Source: Mobula hypostoma
Lineage: Eukaryota
Assembly: GCF_963921235.1 (NCBI RefSeq)
Contig: NC_086109.1
Location: 28,088,001-28,152,000 of the forward strand
Reading direction: 5' to 3'
DNA: 64,000 bases
Shown: piece by piece, positions 49,011-61,785 of the stretch
Layout of the letters: every line of letters begins with the position of its first letter
Numbering within the stretch: position 1 is the stretch's first letter
Notes under the pieces: generated by a model
Seen by the model: only the letters and a program-made list of their open reading frames with translations
Databases searched by the model: none
What the model was told of the DNA's origin: nothing
Made by a program: the position numbers and the translations under genes

Positions 49011-51549
49011 GGCACCACGCCACTGCTTGGACCAGCGAGCGACGATGACAGCGTTTCAGGTAACACCCAGCGAACAGGTGGGCAATCTCACGTTGACCCT
49101 GGTGAAGGAATGGCTGAGTGTGGGATGACAGCCAGAGTGGGCAGAGGTCTCTGCCCTGGATCCAGAAACCAAAGGCCTATACTCACAGTGGGGAACGCTG
49201 GAGCTGCGCGACGGATTGCTGTTCCGGCGGTGGTAGTTGTCTGATGGTGAAGAACATCTCTTGCAGCTGGTGGTCCGCTGGGGTTCTGCGCCACGTTGCT
49301 GAGGTTGGTATAAGGGCTGGTGGGGGCCAGCCATTTCAGAGTTGTGAAGGTGTTGGGCAGGCTGTGTAAATGCACCAACCTCTACTGGCCTGGTTGCAGG
49401 CAGGATGTGGAGCTGTTCGTGCATTGTTGTGACATTTGCTCCCAGAAGAAGGGACTATCCCCCAGGCTTGGAAGCCACTGGAAGGGGTATATCGGGTGCG
49501 GTTGCCTGATCGGCAGAAGGCAGTCATGCTGCACCGAGACCGGTTGGCACCATGTCAGACCTTGGCCACCACAAACCCAGCGAGGCGGAAGGAGGGATAT
49601 GACACTCCGGGTGCCCTGCCTCTTGCCTCACAATGGCAGTGTTGACACCCAACAGGACTTTTGGACTTTGCTATGGACTCTGGGGCTGACCCCTTGGGTG
49701 GGGGCAGTGTGACGCTCTGGGGAGAGCGTGGTCGACAGCCTGCCCCTGCATTTCTAATGACCAGTACTGTTTATTGTTCTTGTGTTAAAAAGCTTTTGTG
49801 GGATTATGGTGGGAAGTTCCAGTTCATTTACTATTACACGTTAACTTGGGTAATAGAATTATTTGCTTGTGTATTTGTGGGTCACGCTAACTGTAACTGG
49901 GGTGTGTGATGGTCACCTCCCCCGTCTGTATGAGACTGGCTGGTTTCACTCTTCAGGTCATGGTGCCTGGTCTGTTTTGTGTTTATCACAATAAAATGGT
50001 TATTGAGTTCAACGAGCTTCCTTCGCTGTCATTTCGGACCAAATGCTCGCCACTGTGCCTTTACCATGAGTAAAAACAATTTTGACTATCTACCCTATTT
50101 ATACCTACTTCTGTCCTGTCACCCTCAGCCTCCTTTCGTCCAGAGAAAAACAGCCCAGCCTCACCAACCTACAAAGTTGTCCAATCATGGCAATATCTTT
50201 GTAAATCTCCTCTGCATCCACCTCAAACACCATCACATACTTCCTATAGTGTGACCAGACAGCACAGAATATTCCAAGTTCAGCCTAATCGGTGTTTTGT
50301 AAAGTTGTAATAAAGTGTACCATGCTATATTTTGACCTTTGAAGATAAGCATGCCTTCTTCACCAACTCCTCAATATGCATTGCCACCTTGAGGAAACTA
50401 TGGACATGTCCCCCTCGGTCTCTTTGTTCATCAGTTTTCCTTACAGCCTTGCCATTTACTGTGTTTGTCCTATCTCTATTTCACTTCCCAAACTATATCA
50501 CCTTGCACTTGTTCAGATTGTGTTCCATTCAACGTTCCATGATATATATATATAATGCTGTGGCCTTTGACAATCTTCCTCACTATCCACTAAATGAACA
50601 TCACTGATTTTCATCTTATTTGCAAACTTACCAAATACCTCCCACCTTTAAATCCAAATTTATATATATCATGGAACATTGAATGGAACTATTATCTATA
50701 TATATACACGTTTGTGTGTGTGTCTATATATATGTATATCACATACAGCAAAGATCTCAGCGTATTATCTTTGGCACACCACTAGTCGCAGACCTCCAAT
50801 CAAAACAAAAATTTTGGATTCAGTTAGCTAACCTGCCTCAGATTTGATATGCCTTAACCTTTTGGATCAGCTTGACTTGCTAAGGTATTATCGATTACAT
50901 CTGCTGTCATGCCTTCAGCATTTTCCTCTGCTATCTTCTGAAAGAAATAAATCAAATTAGTCAGACAGGAAATCCCCCACACAAAGCCATGCTGAATATA
51001 CTGTTAATCCATAAGACATAGGAGCAGAATTACTCTGCCATTCAATCATGGCTGATTTATAATCCCTCTCAACCCCATTCTCCTGTCTTCTCTTCAATCA
51101 TCAAATAACTCCAATCAGCCCCTACCTTTCCAAAGATACAGAACTCATGTCTATTGGAAACTTCTCCAATAAATTCCCAATGCTAACACAACATTCATCT
51201 GCCTATAATAACTTGGCTTATCTCTGATCTCTTTCTTAAATAAAGGAACACCAGCTATCTTCTTTTTCCACAGCCACACATGCCATCATTCTACTTAAAA
51301 AAAAGCATCTTTGAGTTTTGACAGAGCTGACCAATTATTTTTCTTGAGTTAGTAATAGGATGATAACCTTACCGTGCAATGTTAATTGCATTGGTTTTAA
51401 TCCCATCAAAAGGCAAATTCCTGCCCCAAATTAGATTTCTAATCAGCTGCTAAACTGAGCTAAGATTCACTGATGATTCCTGAACTTAGTTCTGAATTAA
51501 CAGCTGGAGTTTTTCCTGAAACACATGACTGGAAAACACCTTATCCATT

Positions 51550-51962
51550 TCAAAGTTTATAGTTCAAAGTAAAATTTATTATCAGAATACATACATGTCA
51601 TCACACATGACCCTGAGATTCTTTTTCTGCTGGCATACTTAGCAAATCTATAAAACAGTAACTGTAAACAGGTTCAATGAAAAACAAACTGTGCAAATGC
51701 AGATATAAATAAAGAACAATAAATAACGAACATGAAATAACAAGATAAAGGGTCATTAAAATGAAACCGTTGGTTGTGGGAACACCAGCAGTAGAATGAG
51801 TATAGCTATCTCCTTTTGCTCAAGAGCCTGATGGTTGTGGGGCAGCAACTATTCTTAAACCTGGTGGTGCGAGTCCTGGGGTTTTTGTACCTTCTATCTG
51901 ATGGCAGCAGTGAGAAAAGAGCATGGCTTGGGTGGTGAGGATCTTTGATGATGGATGCAGCT
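51550..51962 (-). mobile_element. Rex1/Babar-like 3' end fragment
   Basis: Minus-strand GCATCCATCATCAAAGATCCTCACCACCCAAGCCATGC resembles 5150-5190 on the plus strand. Confidence 0.6.
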
Positions 51963-52087
51963 TTGATGTAAGTCCGTTATTTTACTAAAATCCTAGAATG
52001 GAAACTCTTTTTTCTTGGAAAGAGAAAAAGGTCACCAACATGGACAGTAAAAGGCTATTATCAAGACAAATGTACAAAGAATATTTA

Positions 52088-52187
52088 TGGACAGAGGCTA
52101 ATCAGCAAAAATATGTAGGAAAAACATTAACAGGTATTGGACAGAGGCTAATCAGCAAAAATATGTAGGAAAAACATTAACAGGTAT
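52088..52187. repeat. Perfect 50-bp tandem duplication
   Basis: TGGACAGAGGCTAATCAGCAAAAATATGTAGGAAAAACATTAACAGGTAT occurs twice in tandem. Confidence 0.95.
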
Positions 52188-52658
52188 ATAACTTGGTATT
52201 TTTCAATATTACTGTCCAGATAGCTTCTCAAAATAGCACAGTTGAGCACGAAAAGCTGTACAGCTCATTAGACTGATCTTAGCTCTGCTGATGTTCACTG
52301 TGTACATCAGAACAATAGTTACTCATTACAAACAAGTTATTTCAGGCGAATCACTCAGGGCATTGCATGCTTTCCTGGTGAACCACTAAGGCACTTGCGA
52401 ATTTGAGTCTGTTTTCCAAGCCATACGAGCTATATCCAGATGTTTGATGCTTGGGATGGGCTTGAATGGTGATGATTAACAATAATTAACACAGAAGTAT
52501 GGGGGGAGGGTGGCATTGCGCAAACTTTGCAGTCTATCAAAACCCAGTGAACACTGAATTTTGGGAAGGAACTCAACTTTGGGTGGCAGTACTGCAATGA
52601 CATACTTGCCATTGTGACATAATCATGGACAGTTAAACATACTTAGTCAGATAGGTGA

Positions 52659-53498
52659 TAGACAATAGACAATAGGTGCAGGAGTAGGCCATTTGGCCCT
52701 TCGAACCAGCTATGCCATTCACTGTGATCATGGCTGATCATCCACAATCAATACCCTGTTCCTGCCTTCTCCCCATATCCCTTGACTCCGCTATCTTTAA
52801 CAGCTCTATCTAACTCTTTACTGAAAGAATCCAGAGAATTGGCCTCCACTAACTTCTTAGGCAGAGCATTCCACAGATCCACAACCCTCTGTGTGAAAAA
52901 GTTTTTCCTCAACTCCGTTCTAAATGGACTACCACTTATTCTTAAACTGTGGCCTCTGGTTCTGGACTCCCCCAGCATCGGGAACATGCTTCCTGCCTCC
53001 AGCGTGTCCAATCCCTTAATAATCTTATATGTTTCAATCAGAACCCCTCTCATCCTTCTAAATTCCAGTGTATACAAGCCCAGTCGCTCCAATCTTTCAA
53101 CATATGACATTCCTGCTATCCTGGGAATTAACCTCGTGAACCTACGCTGCACTCCCTCAATAGCAAGAATGTCCTTCCTCAAATTTGGAGACTAAAACTG
53201 CACACAATACTCCAGGTGGGGTCTCACCAGGGCCTTGTACAACTGCAGAAGGACCTCTTTGTTCCTATACTCAACTCCCCTTGTTATGAAGGCCAACATG
53301 CCATTAGCTTTCTTCACTGCCTGCTGTACCTGTATGCTTACTTTCAGTGACTGATGAACAAGGACACCCAGATCTTGTTGTACTTCCCCTTTTCCTAACT
53401 TGACACCATTCAGATAGTAATCTGCCTTCCTGTTCTTGCCACCAAAGTGGATAACCTCACATTTATCCACATTAAACTGCATCTGCCCACTCACCCAA
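52659..53498 (-). mobile_element. Young CR1 LINE 3' fragment
   Basis: QMQFNVDKCEVIHFG...LYKALVRPHLEYCVQF*...RKDILAIEGVQRRFTRLIP. Confidence 0.9.
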
Positions 53499-54039
53499 TA
53501 ATAAAGTGTTCATCTCTAGAATTCCCAATATATTGTCCAATAAGTTTTGATTGTTAAATGCATACTCTATTTATTTAAGGTTTAATAAATCCATGCCATA
53601 AGATATTTACAGACCATTACAGACAACCTGGCACAGCCATGGGCTGGCTTTTTTCTGACTTTCTTTTATGAACCAATGCCTTGTTTTGTACAGTGTTTTT
53701 CTTAATTGTCTTGTATAATTTCTGCTCTGTATGTTGTCTGAACCTAGGTACCTGTGACGCTGCTGCAGGGATGGTCCCCATTTTACTGGTAGGTACCTCA
53801 CCTTATTTTGTGCACAAAACAGTAATCTTCATTTGACTGGAAATGCTGAGCTAATAACCGCCTCTCCTTGCTTCATCTTGCTCTTTTATTGTCTGCCTAC
53901 CTCTGCCCATCCTTCTTCCTTGCTCAATCTCCACCATTCCCCCCCCCCATCTCCTCTGTTTAGACCATTAATTATCTCTGTCCTACCACACCTCTCTTCT
54001 TTATGCTGGCCATGTCCCCATGCTACACCACCATTAAGA

Positions 54040-54322
54040 TCGCTTACCATCCCACACCCACGCTTTGGAAAGTCTAATCACCTGGCTGTACTTCTATTTC
54101 CAGTGTCTAGGCAGTGTAACACTGATTATGAGGCAGAGGAGCACTTACTAGATTGCTTTCAATCAGTGGACTGGACAATATTCATGGGTTCATCTTTGAG
54201 TCTGAACGAATATGCCACAGTTGTCACTGACTTCATTAAAACCTCTGTAGATGAGTGTGTGTGCTTTCGAGAACATGCCAGACATACCCAAACCAAAAGC
54301 AGTGAATAAAACAGGAGATTTC
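54040..54322 (+). mobile_element. Rex1/Babar-like LINE, endonuclease C-terminal segment
   Basis: HPRFGKSNHLAVLL (degenerate SDH motif) and EAEEHLLDCFQSVDWTIF...NEYATVVTDFIK. Confidence 0.7.
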
Positions 54323-55360
54323 ATAAGACCATAAACCTATAAGGTATAGGAAATGAATTAGGCCATTTGGCCCATTAAGTCCGTTCCACAATTTCATCGT
54401 GGCTGATCCATTTTCCTTCTCCACCCCAATCTCCTTCCTCCTTCACATAATCCTTTAAGCACTGACTAATCAAGAATTTATCAACTTCTGCCTTAAATAC
54501 ACCCACTCATCTCCATTCTAAAAGGACACCTCTCTATTCTGAGGCTGCGTCCACTGGACTTAGACTGTCCCACCTTAGGAAACATCCTCTCCACATCCAC
54601 TCTATTAAGGCCTTTCAACATTTGATAGGTTTCAATGAGGTCTCCCTCATTCTTCTGAATTCCAGGGAGTACAAGCCCAGAGCTATCAAACACTCTTCAT
54701 ATGTCAAGTATTTCAAACCCAGATTTTTTTGAACCTCCTTTGAACCCTCCCCAATGTCAGCACATTCTTTCTTAAATAAGGGACACAAAACAGTTCACAA
54801 TACTCCTTGTGAGGCCTCACCAGTGCTTTAAAAGCCTCAACATTACATACTTCCTTTTATCTTCTAGTTCTCTTGAATTGAATGCTAACATCGCATTTGC
54901 TGTCCTCACCACACACTCAACCTACAAGGTAACCTTTCGGGAATGCTGCAGAAGGTCTTTCAAGTCTCTTGGCACGTCAGATTTTTGAATTTTCTCTCCA
55001 CTTAGAAAATAGTCTACGCTTTCATTTCTTCTAACAAAATGCATGACCATACTCTTCCTAACATTGTATTCCATTTGCTATTTCCTTGCCCATTCTCCTA
55101 ATATGTCTTCCACAGCCTCTTCCTCACCTGCCCACTCACATATCTTCATATCATCCACAAATATTGCTACAAAGATATCAATTCAGTCTTCCAAGTCATT
55201 GACATATAATGTAAAAAGAAGTGGTCCCAACACAGACTCCTGTGGAATATCACTAGTCACCTGCAGCCATTGAGAAAAGGCTTCTTTTATTCCCACTCTT
55301 TTCCTCCTGTCAATAAGCACTCCTTTATCCATGCTAGAATCTTCGCTGTAATACCATAGG
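54323..55360 (-). mobile_element. CR1 LINE fragment
   Basis: VTSDIPQESVLGPLLFTLYVNDLED and GDLIETYQMLKGLNRVDVERMFP. Confidence 0.85.
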
Positions 55361-55361
55361 C

Positions 55362-58300
55362 TTTTCCTTTCCAATATTTTTATTAGTTTCTACATAGAAG
55401 AATACAGAATACAAGAAAGTATATATAAAAGGTCAAAAAAGATTTTTAAAAACTGCCAATTACATTATATCTATTCATAATAACAATCTCATTACCCCTT
55501 ATTCATGTAAGTTAATCAATAGCTATATTGAAATATACAAATTTATTACAAAAAAAGAGTCTAACTCCTACCAAGACAGAAGCTGTTTATTAAGGAGAAA
55601 ACAAGATAAAATACCTTCTCATATAATAAAAATTAATAACGAGTTGAAGGTTTTTTAAAGTTTTGAAAATTATTCAGAAAAGTCTCCACAATGTTTGAAA
55701 GTCTTGACGAGATTCAGAAATTGAAGAATGAATCTTCTCTAAATCTAAGCATGACATAACGTCACAAAACCATTGAATATGAGTAAGAGGAGAAACATCT
55801 TTCCATTTAAACAAAAGTGCCCTCCTAGCTATAAGAGAGCTAAAGGACAAAATATGCAAATCAGATGTCTTCAGCTAGATATCTTGTCCTGCAACGATAC
55901 CGAATAGGGCTGTCAGGGGATTACACTTAAAATTGACTTAAAAAGTAAAGTTTGAAAAACTTCCTTCCAATATGTTTCAAGACACTGACAAGTCCAAAAC
56001 ATATGAATTAATGAAGCTTCTCCAATATTACATCTGTCACAGTAGGGATATATATCCAAATAAAAATGAGAAAGCTTATCTTTAGTCATATGGACTCTAT
56101 ATACCACCTTAAATTGTACGAGGGAATGGCAAGCACATAGTGATGAAGTAGTAACCAGTTTAAAAATTTCTTTCTTTCTTTTCTTTCTTTTTCAATCTTT
56201 TTATTAGTTTCATAAAATATAAACATAACATAATAATAGTACAAAGTTATTGGGAATACATTGTTATACTTAACATGAGTAATTACAGAACCAAATAATA
56301 CTTAATTAACAAAACTCCCAAATCATATAGGATACCAATGAATAATAGAGAACAAAAAAAAAATCAGGACAAAAATCATGAAAAAAGAAAAAAAATCAAA
56401 AAAAACCCTCAAAAAAACTATCTAAACAGAATTAATCAACTAAACTAAAAAAAAGACCTGGGCTGTTTTAACATCGTAAAAAATGGGAGAAAAGAAAACC
56501 TTAGTGTCGACGACTCTGTTCTTCTCAACCAACACTACAGAGAAGTAAAATAAGTTTGGAAATGGTCAAATTACATCATATGAAAATGCTGAATAAATGG
56601 CCTCCAAGTTTTTTCAAATTTAATGGAAAGGTCGTAAACCGCACTTCTAATTTTTTTCCAAATTAAAACACAACATAGTTTGTGAAAACCAGTGAAATAC
56701 AGTAGGAGGGTTAATCTCTTTCCAATTCAGCAAAATGGATCTTCTAGCCACTAAAGTAAGAAATGCAATCATCCGACAAGCTGAAGAGGTTAAATGATTT
56801 GATTCTATCATTGGTAACCCAAAAATAGCAGTAATTGGATGAGGTTGTAAGTCTATATTCAAAACCGTTGAAATAATATCAAAAATATCTTTCCAATATT
56901 TTTCCAACAAAGGACATGACCAAAACATGTGAGTTAAAGAAGCTATCTCAGAGTGACATCTATCACATGTAGGATTTATATAAGAATAATAACGAGATAG
57001 TTTATCTTTGGACATATGAGCCCTGTGCACTACTTTAAACTGTATCAACGCATGTTTAGCACATATAGAGGATGAATTAACCAATTGGAGAATTTTTTTC
57101 ACATTTTTCAATCAGTATAATAATCTTAAGTTCTCTTTCCCAATCAGTTTTAATTTTATTAGATACGTTAGGACATAAATTCATAACTATATTATAAATA
57201 ATTGCTACAACACTTTTCTGAAAGAGATATAAATCTAAAATTTTGTCCAAAATATCCATTGGACATAAGTGTGGAAAATTAGGAGAAACAGTAATTAAAA
57301 AGTTTCTAACCTGTAGGTATCTAAAAAGAGAGAGCTGGGTAAATTATATTTATTAGAAAGTTGATCAAAAGACATAGATCAGTTATCCAAAAATAAATCA
57401 CGAAATCGTACTATACCTTTGACCTTCCAGTCAGAGTAAGCTTGATCCATAGTGGGAGGTTGAAAAAGGAAATTAGATATAATAGCACTTGCTAAAATAA
57501 ATTGATTCAACCCAAAACATTTTCAGAATTGGAACCATATGCATAAAGTATGCTTAACTGTTGGATTATTCATTTGTTTATACAGTTTAAAAAAAGTGAA
57601 AGGAAGCGAAGTTCCTAAAACCGAACCCAAAGAAAACCCTTGTAATGAATTACATTCAAGATTTACCCAATGTGGACTTGAAGTTGCATCTAAATCTCGC
57701 AACCAAAATTTTAAGTATCAAATATTAATTGCCCAATAATAAAACCTAAAATTCCGGAGCGCTAACCCCCCCCCCCACCCTTTTTTAGATTTCTGTAAAT
57801 ACCTTTTACCTAGCCTAGGATTTTTGTTCTGCCATATATATGAGGAAATTTTTGAGTCAACATTATCAAAAAAAGATTTTGGAATAAAAATTGTAACCGA
57901 TTGAAATACATATAGAAATTTAAGCAAAATAGTCATCATTCTAAGTTTCCTCAGATATTGATGGCCTGTAAATCTTGTTCCCAGAGATTCTTAATTTTGT
58001 CTAAAGGAACATTCCTCATCTCCAGTAACATACCATAAATATTAGATTCTGAACCATTATGAAAAGGTGTCAAATTAAAAATTACATCTAGTAAATTCTT
58101 ATCTGAGCTTATAGGAAATGTGCATAACTGAGATCTTAGAAAGTCTCTGATTTGTAGATATCTAAAAAAGTGAGTTTTGGGTAAGCTATATTTAGCTGAC
58201 AATTGCTCAAATGAAAAAAGATTTCCTTCAATAAACAGATCCCAAAAACATTTAAAAACCATTCTTTAAAAACTAAATCAGTCATGGAGGGTTTAAAAAA

Positions 58301-60527
58301 ATTAGAATAAGTGGGACTTGAAAGGGAAAATCTCAATAAACCAAAATGTTTTCTAAATTGTATCCAGATCCTCAGAGTATGTTTAACTATTAAATTATCA
58401 GTTAGTTTACTTACAAATAAAGGAAGTGAGGATCCAAGAAGAGAAATAATAGAAAATTTATTAATAGAGTCAACTTCTAAAGAAACCCATACTGGACAGT
58501 CTACACGATTAATATAATATAGCCAATAAGTAAGATATCGTATATTAATTGCCCAGTAATAAAACCTAAAATTAGTTAACGCTAAACCTCCAGACATTTT
58601 AGATTTTTGAAGATGAACTTTATTTAAACAAGGACGTTTATTTTTCCATATATAGGAGGATAAAATAGATTCAAGAGAGTCGAAAAAGAATTTCGGAATA
58701 AAAACGGGTATAGCCTAAAAATGATATATAAATCTAGGTAGAATATTCATTTTAATATAATTAATTTGTCCAATCAACGATATTGAAAGAGGTGACCAAT
58801 TTAATGATATCCTTTTTACATGGTTCAATAAAGTAAGAAAGTTTTCTTTAAACAGGTGTTTGTAATTCTTAGTGACTGTTACACCCAAATAGGTAAATTG
58901 ATTCCTTACAATTTTAAAAGGGAGATTATTATTAATTGATACCAAATTATTTAAAGAAAGTAACTTACTCTTATGTAGGTTCAATTTATATCCTGAAAAC
59001 TGGCTAGAATGGGAGAGTAAAGGAAGTATGCAAGGTAGCGAGGTTCCATCATTAGAGATAAAAAGCAATATATCATCAGCGTAAAGCGAGATTTTGTGGG
59101 TGATACCTCTCCTTAAAATACCACAGATATCATTAGATTCTTGAAAAGCAATGGCAAGGGTTTCTAAAGCTAGATCAAAAAGCAAAAGACTCAACGGACA
59201 GCCTTGTCTAGTTCCACAGTGAAGTTTAAATGGTTTGGAATTTTGAAAATTAGTAAGAACCCGAGCAGAAGGAGATAGATAAAGTAATTTAATCCATTGA
59301 ATAAAATCTGGTCCAAAATTAAATTTTTCTAAGGTTTTAAATAAATAATTGTATTCAACCCGATCAAAGGCCTTCTCAGCATCTAAGGATATCACACATT
59401 CTGATATCTCCTGAGAAGGAGAGTAAATAGCATTTAATACATGGCATATATTAAAATGGGAATGTCAGTTTTTTAATAAATCCCATCTGATCATCAGAAA
59501 TAATAGAAGGTAAAATATTTTCAATCCTACGAGCCAGAACTTTAGAAAGAATTTTAGTATCAACATTGAGTAATGAAATTGGCCTATATGAAGAACATTC
59601 AGTTGGGTCCTTGTTCTTTTTTAGGATAAGCGAAATAGAAGCTTCATAAAAAGACTGAGGCAAACTACCTAATTTGAAAGAATCCAAAAAGACTAAGTGT
59701 AACTGTGGTATAATTAATGATGAAAAAGCCTTATAAAATTCTCCAGAAACTCCATTTGGACCCAGAGCCTTCCCCTAGTGTAATGAACGTATAGCCTTGG
59801 TGATTTCCTCATAAGAAATGGGTTGATCCATCTGTTTGCAATTGTCTACAGAAAGTGCAGGAATATTTAACTAATCTAGAAAATTATTCATTACAGTATT
59901 ATCTTTAGAGGAATCAGAACTATAAAGTTTAGAATAGAATTCTCTAAAGATATCATTTATTTCAGAGTAATCAGTTGAACTATCACAATTAGTTTTGCAA
60001 ATTTCTTTAATTTGTCGTTTAACTACGGAAGTTTTTAATTGGTTGGCCAATACTTTGCCTGATTTATCTCCGTGAATGTAAAATTGAGTTTTATCTTTAA
60101 GAAGTTGAGTTTCAATTGGATATGTTAACAGAAGATCATATTTAGTTTTAACTTCAAAACGTCCTTTATATAAAACAGGATCTGGAGCTGTAGCATATTT
60201 TGATCTAATTGTTTCAATGGATTGGCTAATTTAATTCTTTCTTTATTAGCTTTATTCTTAACACTGGCAGTATAAGAAATAATTTGTCCTCTAATATAGT
60301 CCTTGAAAGTATCCCATACAAAAAGATTAGAAGTCTCTTCCTTTTTATTCTTTTCAAAAAACAAAATAATATGCTTCTCTAGAAATTTTAAAAATTCTTT
60401 ATCAGATAACAAAGTTGTATTAAAATGTCAAAAACTGTTGGTTTGAGGAAAACCAGGGAGATTTAAAGATAGAAATATAGGAGCATGATCTGAAACAGCA
60501 ATCTCTTTATATGCACAGGAACGAACT
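55362..60527 (-). mobile_element. L1-clade LINE (ORF2 from endonuclease end to 3' UTR), decayed and interrupted by a second L1
   Basis: AVSDHAPIFL (endonuclease end), YRPISLLNVDTKIL, ISLDAEKAFDRV, GTRQGCPLS and YADD (RT), C-terminal CDRC...LIHMFWTC, AATAAA near the 3' end. Confidence 0.92.
56171..57937 (-). mobile_element. Second, 5'-truncated L1 nested in the first
   Basis: Has its own (GAAA)n tail and 3' UTR, and duplicates the GGLAL.NFRFYYWAINI and CDRC...HMFWSC regions. The host frame SEET*N|EIFKLVTTSS rejoins across it. Confidence 0.88.
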
Positions 60528-61400
60528 GATGATATCATTTGACTCCCTTGTCCATTCGTCCCCCCCATCCCTCCCCACTGATCTCCCTCCTGGCACTTAT
60601 CCGTGTAAGCGGAACAACGGCTACACATGCCCTTACACTTCCTCCCATACCACCATTCAGGGCCCCAAACAGTCCTTCCAGGTGAGGCAACACTTCACCT
60701 GTGAGTCAACTGGGGTGATATACTGCGTCCGGTGCTCCCGATGTGGCCTTTTATATATTAGCGAGACCCGACGCAGACTGGGGGACCGCTTTGCTGAACA
60801 TCTGCGCTCTGTCCCCCAGAGAAAGCAGGATCTCCCAGTGGCCACACATTTTAATTCCACATCCCATTCCCATTCTGACATGTCTATCCACGGCCTCCTC
60901 TACTGTAAAGATGAAGCCACACTCAGGTTGGAGGAACAACACCTTATATTCCGTCTGGGTAGCCTCCAACCTGATGGCATGAACATCGACTTCTCTAACT
61001 TCAGCTAAGGTCCCACCTTCCCCTCGTACCCCATCTGTTACTTATTTTTATGCACACATTCTTTCTCTCACTCTCCTTTTTCTCCCTCTGTCCCTCTGAA
61101 TATACCTCTTGCCCATCCTCTGGGTCCCCCCCCCCCTTGTCTTTCTTCCCGGACCTCCTGTCCCATGATCCTCTCATATCCCCTTTTGCCTATCACCTGT
61201 CCAGCTCTTGGCTCTATCCCTCCCCCTCCTGTCTTCTCCTATCATTTTGGATCTCCCCCTCCCCCTCCAACTTTCAAATCCCTTACTCACTCTTCCTTCA
61301 GTTAGTCCTGATGAAGGGTCTCGGCCTGAAACGTCGACTGCACCTCTTCCTACGGATGCTGCCTGGCCTGCTGTGTTCACCAGCAACTTTGATGTGTGTT
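60528..61400 (+). mobile_element. Penelope-like element 3' part: GIY-YIG endonuclease plus terminal repeat
   Basis: FTCESTGVIYCVRCSRCGLLYISETRRRLGDRFAEH...PVATHFN...EQHLIFRLGSLQPDGMN. Confidence 0.9.
61303..61340 (+). ncRNA. Minimal hammerhead ribozyme motif (intact core)
   Basis: Identical to 47291-47328, about 300 nt downstream of the GIY-YIG stop codon. Confidence 0.75.
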
Positions 61401-61785
61401 TCTAAAGCCAACTGGAGTAAGTTGGCGACGGAGGCACGTTCCAAGAAAGGGTATATGGCTGTGATAGCAAGTCTGAGTCAAAATGTGGTCGAAAAGTTGA
61501 AGAGCCAAAGAAATTACAGATGGGGAGCAGTGAGAGATGGTTTCACTGAACTCCCGTCGAAGAGAGGATCTAAATTTCTTCGGTGTAGGCATCACCAGAA
61601 GAGGCTTCGCAGTAGTGAATTTTAAAAACACAAACAACAGGAATTCTGCAGATGCTGGAAATTCAAGCAACACACATCAAAGTTGCTGGTGAACGCAGCA
61701 GGCCAGGCAGCATCTCTAGGAAGAGGTACAGTCGATGTTTCAGGCCGAGACCCTTCGTCAGGACTAACTGAAGGAAGAGTTAGTA
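61401..61785 (-). mobile_element. Inverted Penelope segment: terminal repeat followed by the probable ORF 5' region
   Basis: 61669-61783 is the reverse complement of about 61286-61400. The minus strand then reads MPTPKKFRSSLRREFSETISHCSPSV...FLGTCLRRQLTPVGFR. Confidence 0.7.

Larger units (their letters stand above)
47609..50054 (+). mobile_element. Internally deleted non-autonomous Ty3/Gypsy LTR element
   Basis: LTRs at 47609-47961 and 49708-50054, PBS at 47963-47980, PPT GGGTGGGGGCAG at 49696-49707. Gag (LPRYDG..., CYWCGEAGHLARDC) and only terminal parts of integrase remain. Confidence 0.9.
47215..51250 (-). mobile_element. Old CR1-like LINE hosting a Penelope mini-insert and a Gypsy derivative
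   Basis: CR1-like minus-strand sequence at 47215-47608 continues at about 50059-51250. Confidence 0.6.

Noticed and set aside
47605..50058. TSD of the deleted Gypsy element (ATAC / GTGC)
   Set aside because: Only 2 of 4 bases match and both termini are mutated (GG start, CT end). Compatible with decay but not claimable.
52088..52187. CRISPR-like or other spaced repeat array
   Set aside because: Only two abutting units with no spacers, in eukaryotic context. No CRISPR array was seen anywhere in the window.
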